A stretch of DNA of 5,463 bases from a virus, in IMG/VR virus record IMGVR_UViG_3300011982_000240, positions 1-5,463 of that record; one strand, 5' to 3'. Under the pieces are notes generated by a model that worked only from the letters and a program-made list of their open reading frames with translations, was not told where the DNA came from and ran no database searches. The translations under genes and the position numbers were made by a program. Positions within the stretch are counted from its first letter, which is position 1. The number at the start of each line of letters is the position of its first letter. Positions 1 to 4,804 of the stretch are shown in pieces.

Positions 1-2
1 TT

Positions 3-662
3 CTGAACATCATTAAGATCTAAATAAGTACAATTAATATAAGCTAACTTTTTAGGGTCATATGATTTATAAAAAGACGTATAACGAGGGATAAAAGTAA
101 ATTTAAGACCACCAAACAACAACGGATAAAATTCATACGTATCTGATAACGTTGATGTACCATCCGCACATTCCTTAATTGTTATCTTTTTAGAAATTCT
201 CCTGGCAACAGAAAATACTCTTAAACAATTAGAAAGTAAATACATTTCATCAGTTAAATTTCTAAGCTTTAAATCAATATCAAACGTTTGAGAAAACAAA
301 TAAATCTTAAGTTTATATTGTCTCTGGTATTTAAAAAAATCTCTTACCTGTGGTTTGAAATTTTTAAAATCTCGATTGTCCCAGATCATACCTACTTCAT
401 CAATTAAAACAGTCGAGTTAGGCTCAAAAGTCATATTTCCGATATCATCCGTATTAAAAAGATATGTACTTGGAATTTCTACCGTTGAATATACTTTACG
501 TTTTTTCTTTAACTCTCTTAAAGCAATCTTCGTAAGTGTAGTTGTCTTTCCACTCCCCTTTTTCCCAAAAATCATAATGAGCTTATAAGGGTTAACATAT
601 TTATCTGTAAGCTTTAGAAACAAGAACATTGATAAAATCAAAATTAAAATAAATTTAATCAT
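3..662 (-). CDS. Zot / pI-like P-loop NTPase (filamentous-phage assembly ATPase), N-terminal 220 codons; the C-terminus lies beyond the left edge
   Basis: Absent from the ORF track because it runs off the window. Hand translation of the reverse complement from ATG 662..660 gives an unbroken frame: MIKFILILILSMFLFLKLTDKYVNPYKLIMIFGKKGSGKTTTLTKIALRELKKKRKVYSTVEIPSTYLFNTDDIGNMTFEPNSTVLIDEVGMIWDNRDFKNFKPQVRDFFKYQRQYKLKIYLFSQTFDIDLKLRNLTDEMYLLSNCLRVFSVARRISKKITIKECADGTSTLSDTYEFYPLLFGGLKFTFIPRYTSFYKSYDPKKLAYINCTYLDLNDVQ. Walker A is GKKGSGKT (nt 543..566). Walker B is VLIDE (396..410), followed by W-x-x-R and a KIYLFSQ-x-x-DID block, the layout typical of the Zot family. The start overlaps the upstream stop as ATGA. 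An alternative start at M30 (575..573) would place the P-loop at the extreme N-terminus, as in classical Zot, but it has no SD. Confidence 0.85.
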   Translation of the reverse strand, partial: MIKFILILILSMFLFLKLTDKYVNPYKLIMIFGKKGSGKTTTLTKIALRELKKKRKVYSTVEIPSTYLFNTDDIGNMTFEPNSTVLIDEVGMIWDNRDFKNFKPQVRDFFKYQRQYKLKIYLFSQTFDIDLKLRNLTDEMYLLSNCLRVFSVARRISKKITIKECADGTSTLSDTYEFYPLLFGGLKFTFIPRYTSFYKSYDPKKLAYINCTYLDLNDVQ

Positions 663-796
663 TGCATTAACCTTTTAGTAAAAAACGAAAATAAACAATC
701 AACTAATACAAAGCAAAAGAAAATAACAACAAAATTAGATGTATAAATCATCTTAATAGCATTGATAACAAAATTAACAATTAAACTAATTTCCAT
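659..796 (-). CDS. 45-aa hydrophobic small protein (below track cutoff), translationally coupled to the ATPase gene
   Basis: Hand translation gives MEISLIVNFVINAIKMIYTSNFVVIFFCFVLVDCLFSFFTKRLMQ. It has one predicted TM segment and a basic C-terminus. Its TGA (661..659) overlaps the ATPase ATG (662..660) as ATGA. There is no SD directly upstream; the nearest (AAAGGTGGGAG, 821..831) sits on the far side of the terminator hairpin. Confidence 0.45.
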   Translation of the reverse strand: MEISLIVNFVINAIKMIYTSNFVVIFFCFVLVDCLFSFFTKRLMQ

Positions 797-822
797 AAAA
801 TAAAGGGAGCTTAACAGCTCCC
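797..822 (-). terminator. Rho-independent terminator immediately after the second coat-like gene
   Basis: On the minus strand the sequence reads GGGAGCT-GTTA-AGCTCCC (7-bp stem at 816..822 / 805..811, 4-nt loop) followed by TTTATTTT (804..797). It starts 10 nt after the stop codon at 833..835. Confidence 0.6.
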
Positions 823-832
823 ACCTTTCTAC

Positions 833-1024
833 CTAGTTTCGAGAGAGCAAACGACCAAATATACCGATAGCGCCACCGACAACCAAGAAACCTACTGTAA
901 GTAACAAAAGCGGAGTACTTGTTATCGTACTTGCGATTGTACCTACATGTGCAAAAATCGCATTAGCAATTAAAGCAATTGACTTTAACAATTCGACCAT
1001 AGGGTTAACAGCTTCACCTCCCAT
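833..1024 (-). CDS. Major-coat-like small membrane protein, paralog B (63 aa)
   Basis: Track ORF MGGEAVNPMVELLKSIALIANAIFAHVGTIASTITSTPLLLLTVGFLVVGGAIGIFGRLLSRN. It has a strong SD (AGGAGG-TTTGT-ATG). The architecture matches inovirus major coat proteins: an amphipathic N-part, a Gly-rich TM helix and a basic C-terminal tail (R..R). A terminator follows the gene. It is a paralog of 1038..1205. Confidence 0.7.
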   Translation of the reverse strand: MGGEAVNPMVELLKSIALIANAIFAHVGTIASTITSTPLLLLTVGFLVVGGAIGIFGRLLSRN

Positions 1025-1037
1025 ACAAACCTCCTAA

Positions 1038-1205
1038 CTAATTTCTAGATAATAAACGACCGAAAATTCCAACAGCACCACCAACAACCAAGAAACCTAC
1101 TGTAAGTAGTAATAATGGTGTTGTAGTGATTGTTGTAGCGATTGTACCGACATACTTAAAAATTTCTGCAGCAACAAGAGCAATACTAGCAAGTAACGCT
1201 TCCAT
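1038..1205 (-). CDS. Major-coat-like small membrane protein, paralog A (55 aa)
   Basis: I trim the track ORF (1259 start) to ATG 1205..1203, which is preceded by GAAAGGGGGAAAGT: MEALLASIALVAAEIFKYVGTIATTITTTPLLLLTVGFLVVGGAVGIFGRLLSRN. The track's 18-aa extension overlaps the preceding 49-aa ORF in another frame and has no SD. Confidence 0.7.
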   Translation of the reverse strand: MEALLASIALVAAEIFKYVGTIATTITTTPLLLLTVGFLVVGGAVGIFGRLLSRN

Positions 1206-1218
1206 ACTTTCCCCCTTT

Positions 1219-1368
1219 CTATGACTTATTAGAAGTGCTATTAACCACCAAATTAACAATTAAGGCAATAACACTGAATAAGACGAATATACTCAATAAC
1301 CAAGATGAAATAACAATAGCTAACCAATCAGACATAAGCTTAAAGATAAAATTAACAACTTGTATCAT
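1219..1368 (-). CDS. 49-aa hydrophobic small protein (below track cutoff)
   Basis: Hand translation gives MIQVVNFIFKLMSDWLAIVISSWLLSIFVLFSVIALIVNLVVNSTSNKS. The SD is GGTGG-TAAGAA-ATG. Its ATG (1368..1366) overlaps the upstream TGA (1367..1365) as ATGA. Confidence 0.55.
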   Translation of the reverse strand: MIQVVNFIFKLMSDWLAIVISSWLLSIFVLFSVIALIVNLVVNSTSNKS

Positions 1369-1511
1369 TTCTTACCACCTACCCAAAAGAGAGTAGATTG
1401 AAGAATATTAAAAGCAACAAGAACAATCACAGTAAGAACAACAACACTAAGAAATTGACTAAGAAATGGATAATCATTTTTTCCCAGGAACACCATAACT
1501 TGATCTATCAT
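1365..1511 (-). CDS. 48-aa hydrophobic small protein (below track cutoff)
   Basis: Hand translation gives MIDQVMVFLGKNDYPFLSQFLSVVVLTVIVLVAFNILQSTLFWVGGKK. The SD is AAGGGGG-TTTGTAAG-ATG. Its ATG (1511..1509) overlaps the upstream TGA (1510..1508) as ATGA. It has one TM segment and a KK tail. Confidence 0.55.
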   Translation of the reverse strand: MIDQVMVFLGKNDYPFLSQFLSVVVLTVIVLVAFNILQSTLFWVGGKK

Positions 1512-1870
1512 CTTACAAACCCCCTTAACATTTTGAACAAACAATAAACAGAAACAATAAACGAAACAAACAAGTAAATATAATCTAAATTCCGATACAC
1601 ATTAGACATTGCATTAAAACGGATATTAGAAGCATTAGTTATATAACGTGTCTGTGATGTATATCCGTTAGTCCAGTAATAACTAGCGTACACACTAGGT
1701 GATAAAGTTATAATCGTGTGATTATAATTTTTATCTTTATATAAATAAATATGTCCAGAAGAAGTATTAGTTAAATCTTTGTCATTTATAAACTTTACTC
1801 TGTCACAATCTACAAAATAAGTACCGCCCTGGTCACCATCAAATGTAACTGTGCATCCTGTATCACTCAT
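1508..1870 (-). CDS. 120-aa C-terminally anchored protein of unknown function (candidate minor virion or assembly protein)
   Basis: I trim the track ORF from its GTG at 1879 to ATG 1870..1868, which follows the SD AGAGGTGA. The product starts MSDTGCTVTFDGDQGG and ends LDYIYLFVSFIVSVYCLFKMLRGFVR. The soluble N-domain is rich in Y, N and T, there is no signal peptide, and there is a single C-terminal TM. The start overlaps the upstream stop (ATGAGTGA, 1863..1870). Confidence 0.65.
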   Translation of the reverse strand: MSDTGCTVTFDGDQGGTYFVDCDRVKFINDKDLTNTSSGHIYLYKDKNYNHTIITLSPSVYASYYWTNGYTSQTRYITNASNIRFNAMSNVYRNLDYIYLFVSFIVSVYCLFKMLRGFVR

Positions 1871-2063
1871 CCTTATCACCTCTGAAAGTATGCCCCTGTG
1901 AACGACTAGGAACAGCCATCAACGAACGAATAAGAACTCCGAATATCAACACACTAAGTGCAATCCAACCTAATGTAACACCATTGAAAATCTGAGCCTT
2001 ATCAAAAATAAAATCTACAAATTTAAAATAAATTTGAAACAATAACTCTAAAGCTTCAGCCAT
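1863..2063 (-). CDS. 66-aa single-TM small protein
   Basis: I trim the track ORF (2096) to ATG 2063..2061, which lies 7 nt after the SD GGGAGA (2076..2071): MAEALELLFQIYFKFVDFIFDKAQIFNGVTLGWIALSVLIFGVLIRSLMAVPSRSQGHTFRGDKDE. The upstream gene's TGA (2067..2065) sits 1 nt before this ATG. Confidence 0.6.
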   Translation of the reverse strand: MAEALELLFQIYFKFVDFIFDKAQIFNGVTLGWIALSVLIFGVLIRSLMAVPSRSQGHTFRGDKDE

Positions 2064-2064
2064 A

Positions 2065-2280
2065 TCAATTTCTCCCAAGAATAAATAAAATAACATAGAT
2101 ACTAATAGCGGCTAAAACAAAAGGAATCAAAATCATAGGCATTAGAGCTACACTATTAGTAAGAAATAAAACAAATGATGGCAACTTAGAAATAAGATTA
2201 ACAAGTGAAGAAATAGCATTAAAAATAAATGTAAGAAGAGAACCAAGCGTATCAACAAACGTTTTAAGAAAATCTAACAT
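2065..2280 (-). CDS. 71-aa polytopic hydrophobic protein (pVI-like by size, hydrophobicity and position after the adsorption-protein gene)
   Basis: Track ORF MLDFLKTFVDTLGSLLTFIFNAISSLVNLISKLPSFVLFLTNSVALMPMILIPFVLAAISIYVILFILGRN. The SD AGGTGA lies inside the end of the upstream gene. It has two to three hydrophobic segments and a GRN tail. Confidence 0.65.
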   Translation of the reverse strand: MLDFLKTFVDTLGSLLTFIFNAISSLVNLISKLPSFVLFLTNSVALMPMILIPFVLAAISIYVILFILGRN

Positions 2281-2283
2281 ATA

Positions 2284-3342
2284 TCACCTATTTCTAAGTT
2301 TACCGATTAAAACTAATGCAATTCCTAACGTAAGACAGAACATCAAAACATGCTCGAATGGTGTATTAACAACAAGCTTAGTATACGTATCAGAGACAAA
2401 CTTCATAGAATTAATAAACTTTGAATTTGTGAATAACTTAGGCTTAGTATCAATCTTACCTAGATTGTTATTTAAATCATTACTAAACTGTTGTTCTGTA
2501 TCATGAAGCTGATTAGATGATTCATCAAACTTAGAACGAGTGTTATCAACTAAACCTAAAGACTCTTTTAACTTTGGATCATTAGCATAACCACCCATCA
2601 ACGCTATAAGCTCATCGAACTTTTTAACTGTCGTAGCCTTAAAATCATTAATCGCACTAACTGAAGATGTAGGAAGTCCAAAACGAGAACGCTCCAGATC
2701 TGTTAACTGCTTTTCCTGTTTCAAAAGTACAGGAACAACAATCAAATCAGTAACACCTGCTAAATCAGGAAAATCAATGGAAAAAATACGTTCACCAGGC
2801 TTAAAGCGATAAGCATAATGGAACATAGGAGTACTAGAAGCAGACATAACATATTGAGCAAATAACAATTCAACATTACTTATAACTCCTTTCGTCTCAC
2901 GCCCTATATAGACGCTAGACCAAATTTGACGACTAGATAAAAATTCTAAATATACATAATTATCGTAATCGCTGAACGATAGAAAAGACTTTGGATCATA
3001 CGTACCTGTATAGCGCCAATTTCCACTAATAGATGGAAGTTGAGCTACAAATCTATCTGTAGAAGTAGCAACTTGTGTACCTGTTTGAATAAATCTACAT
3101 GTAAAACCTGATGTAACAGTTGACTTAGAATCACAATACAATGAATAAGTAGCTCCCTGTATCGTCTGACCTGAAACCCCTACACCTGTAGCATGATTAG
3201 ATAAACCCTTAGAATCAAAATAAGCATATGCATCTATAGAATCAAACGGAATAACATAACCGTCGTTATCTGCAAAAACAGGTAGAGAAACAAGTTCAAT
3301 ACCTATTAATAACGCTAACGTAATAACAAATATCCTTTTCAT
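2284..3342 (-). CDS. 352-aa secreted, C-terminally anchored protein; candidate pIII-like adsorption / minor coat protein
   Basis: The signal peptide is MKRIFVITLALLIGIELVSLPVFA, with cleavage expected before DNDG. A large soluble body follows, with an N-half that looks beta-rich and a polar, probably helical segment around residues 210-330. There is a single C-terminal TM, FEHVLMFCLTLGIALVLIGKLRNR. The SD AAAGGG lies 7 nt upstream. I recognise no sequence family. Confidence 0.7.
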   Translation of the reverse strand: MKRIFVITLALLIGIELVSLPVFADNDGYVIPFDSIDAYAYFDSKGLSNHATGVGVSGQTIQGATYSLYCDSKSTVTSGFTCRFIQTGTQVATSTDRFVAQLPSISGNWRYTGTYDPKSFLSFSDYDNYVYLEFLSSRQIWSSVYIGRETKGVISNVELLFAQYVMSASSTPMFHYAYRFKPGERIFSIDFPDLAGVTDLIVVPVLLKQEKQLTDLERSRFGLPTSSVSAINDFKATTVKKFDELIALMGGYANDPKLKESLGLVDNTRSKFDESSNQLHDTEQQFSNDLNNNLGKIDTKPKLFTNSKFINSMKFVSDTYTKLVVNTPFEHVLMFCLTLGIALVLIGKLRNR

Positions 3343-3359
3343 TTCTCTACCCTTTCAAA

Positions 3360-3509
3360 CTACTTAACACCTTCAATAATGAACTTTGACTCTTTAGTTA
3401 CGTACGTTTCTAGAGTGTAACCATTCTTGAACGTAATAACCATGACATCATACGGATTACCAGCTTTACTAGTTTTCTGTACAAAATTAATCTTTACAAA
3501 CTGTTCCAT
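3360..3509 (-). CDS. 49-aa soluble small protein (below track cutoff); candidate ssDNA-binding (gV-position) protein, function unproven
   Basis: Hand translation gives MEQFVKINFVQKTSKAGNPYDVMVITFKNGYTLETYVTKESKFIIEGVK. The SD is strong (AAAGGTGG-TAAC-ATG). There is no TM segment, and the alternating pattern suggests beta strands. It lies between the rep/regulator genes and the structural genes. Confidence 0.5.
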   Translation of the reverse strand: MEQFVKINFVQKTSKAGNPYDVMVITFKNGYTLETYVTKESKFIIEGVK

Positions 3510-3524
3510 GTTACCACCTTTCTA

Positions 3525-3542
3525 ATAAAAATAGTACCAATA
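3525..3542 (-). promoter_or_regulatory. Copy 2 of a conserved 18-nt intergenic motif; possible extended -10 promoter for the 49-aa ORF and structural operon
   Basis: The minus strand reads TATTGGTACTATTTTTAT, matching 3795..3812 at 16 of 18 positions. It contains TGg-TACTAT about 20 nt upstream of the SD and ATG at 3509. Confidence 0.35.
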
Positions 3543-3563
3543 TTTTTATGCATGTAATGTATG

Positions 3564-3773
3564 TTATGCGATTTTAATTGATTCCGAAAAATCAATAATC
3601 GCACAATACAATAAATTTAACTTTGAAATAGACAATTCATAATCAAATACATCATCTTTCATAAACTTAGAAAACGCTGATTGATTAATGCCTAAATCTT
3701 TAAGAAAAGAATTAAACTTAATGTATTTCTTACACGTAGCGAAGTACGAACGATAGTCCGACTTCGTTAACAT
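3564..3773 (-). CDS. 69-aa small helix-turn-helix DNA-binding protein (putative transcriptional regulator)
   Basis: Track ORF. The segment FLKDLGINQSAFSKFMK has the helix, short turn, recognition-helix pattern of small XRE/Cro-like HTH proteins. The SD is strong (AAGGAGGT-ATCAATTT-ATG). Confidence 0.6.
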   Translation of the reverse strand: MLTKSDYRSYFATCKKYIKFNSFLKDLGINQSAFSKFMKDDVFDYELSISKLNLLYCAIIDFSESIKIA

Positions 3774-3794
3774 AAATTGATACCTCCTTACACC

Positions 3795-3812
3795 ATAAAT
3801 ATACTACCAATA
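3795..3812 (-). promoter_or_regulatory. Copy 1 of the conserved 18-nt intergenic motif; possible extended -10 promoter for the HTH gene
   Basis: The minus strand reads TATTGGTAGTATATTTAT and contains TGg-TAGTAT / TATATT. A possible -35 (TTTACT) lies 17 nt upstream of TATATT, inside the rep 3' end. Confidence 0.35.
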
Positions 3813-3817
3813 AAAAA

Positions 3818-4678
3818 TTAAGTAAATAAGAAATCAATTTTTTTCATCTCTTCATCTGTTAAGAATACAGTCTGTTCCTTAAAACCTACCTGGAATTGCT
3901 TTTTTGAATCAAATTTGAACTCTGTTATATCTTTTCCATCGACAATATGAGCAATGATAGAAAGTACATAAGTGTTACTATGAAGCATTGTAGCAACTTT
4001 CGGTAAATTTAAATTCCTGGAATGCATTATCTTTTTACGACCAAATAAACGACTATCAATATCTTTGTACAAATACTTACAGACATAAAGAGCAACGTTA
4101 AAGCGATCATCAGCAAGCTTTAAATCAAATGCAGACGTGAAACCATATTTCCAATATTTGACATCATACATCTTTTTCTTTTCGTTTTGAACTGGGAGTA
4201 ACTCCCCCCCTACTTCGAGATTAGACAACAAATGATAGTGAACAGCTCCCCTCTTCTGAAACTCTGGCACGCACAAATAAGAAAAATCCGAGAAAATTTG
4301 TCTAATAGAAGTTAACCAGGAATTGAAACATTTATTTGCATAATCAATATCCTTTACGTTATCTGCAAATGTAAGAGTTAAAAAAGATTTCCAAATATCT
4401 TTATTTTCATAAGCCAAATCAATAACGAGTTTGCGACTTCTAAACAAGTTATCGAAACGACAAGACCCAAACTTATCACGTTCTTTTTTTGAGCAATGAG
4501 TAACAACAGAAATTTCTGCAGAATTTTTTGAAAAATTTTCACAATCTTGAAACTGTTCAAAACCACTTTCAACTTTCTGAATCGCAGAATCATAATCACG
4601 TATGATTAACTTACCATCAGAATATAACGTTAATCTTGAGTCATAATACTTAACAACTTGACTTCTTTCACATAGCAT
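3818..4678 (-). CDS. rep: HUH-superfamily rolling-circle replication initiator (phiX174 gpA / phage CRI-like Rep with two catalytic tyrosines)
   Basis: Track ORF, 286 aa. Motif I is FLTLTF (4367..4384). Motif II is the HUH sequence HYH, in AVHYHLL (4232..4240, checked as CAC TAT CAT). Motif III is YVCKYLYK (4064..4087, checked), with Y-x-x-x-Y spacing as in phiX174 gpA (YVAKYVNK). The SD is GGGGGG-TCT-ATG. Confidence 0.9.
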   Translation of the reverse strand: MLCERSQVVKYYDSRLTLYSDGKLIIRDYDSAIQKVESGFEQFQDCENFSKNSAEISVVTHCSKKERDKFGSCRFDNLFRSRKLVIDLAYENKDIWKSFLTLTFADNVKDIDYANKCFNSWLTSIRQIFSDFSYLCVPEFQKRGAVHYHLLSNLEVGGELLPVQNEKKKMYDVKYWKYGFTSAFDLKLADDRFNVALYVCKYLYKDIDSRLFGRKKIMHSRNLNLPKVATMLHSNTYVLSIIAHIVDGKDITEFKFDSKKQFQVGFKEQTVFLTDEEMKKIDFLFT

Positions 4679-4692
4679 AGACCCCCCAAAAA

Positions 4693-4721
4693 ATTATATT
4701 TGATACAATCGAGACTTTGAA
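4693..4721 (-). promoter_or_regulatory. Possible sigma-70-type promoter for rep
   Basis: The minus strand reads TTCAAA (4721..4716), 17 nt, TATAAT (4698..4693). One caveat applies: the -10 ends only 14 nt before the ATG, so the transcript would start at or inside the G6 SD. Either the leader is very short or this is not the real promoter. Confidence 0.3.
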
Positions 4722-4759
4722 TAGTGAGGCTTATATCAAGTAAAGGAAGCCTCACTATT
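4720..4759 (-). repeat. Perfect 13-bp inverted repeat with a 14-nt loop; candidate replication-origin (nick-site) hairpin
   Basis: The arms are AATAGTGAGGCTT (4720..4732) and AAGCCTCACTATT (4747..4759). The loop at 4733..4746 reads CCTTTACTTGATAT on the minus (coding) strand. The hairpin lies about 40 nt upstream of rep, and its distal arm abuts the putative -35. Confidence 0.5.
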
Positions 4760-4804
4760 TTGTTGCGGCAGAGATAGCCGAATCTTGCGCGCTACCGCTT
4801 GCCT

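Noticed and set aside
355-588. Plus-strand 77-aa ORF from the supplied track
   Set aside because: It lies antisense to, and entirely inside, the minus-strand Zot-like ATPase frame, which has clear Walker A and B motifs. It has no SD, its sequence is low-complexity, and it is the only plus-strand ORF in the window. I treat it as a shadow ORF.
1206-1259. N-terminal extension of the 73-aa track ORF (MLIWWLIALLISHRKGES...)
   Set aside because: The extension overlaps the 49-aa ORF (1219..1368) and has no SD. The internal ATG at 1205 follows GAAAGGGGG and gives a protein co-linear with its paralog. The similar extensions of the 77-aa ORF (2064..2096) and the 123-aa ORF (GTG 1879) were trimmed for the same reasons.
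4378-4599. Minus-strand 73-aa ORF nested within rep in another frame
   Set aside because: It is fully embedded in the Rep coding region, which has all three HUH motifs in its own frame. It has no SD, and its composition (K/I/L/F-rich) is what an off-frame read of AT-rich coding DNA gives.
4716-4732. Resemblance of CTTTGAATAGTGAGG to the f1/M13 gpII nick region (CTTTAATAGTGGAC as I recall it)
   Set aside because: Only a 7-mer (AATAGTG) is shared. It lies in the stem rather than the loop. The Rep here is of the phiX-A / CRI two-tyrosine type rather than Ff gpII-like. I consider this too weak to claim.
4720-4765. The 13-bp hairpin followed by TTTTGTTG on the plus strand as a plus-strand terminator
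   Set aside because: The geometry is terminator-like on the plus strand, but no credible plus-strand transcription unit reads into it. Its position next to rep favours an origin or operator role. A role in blocking antisense transcription cannot be excluded.
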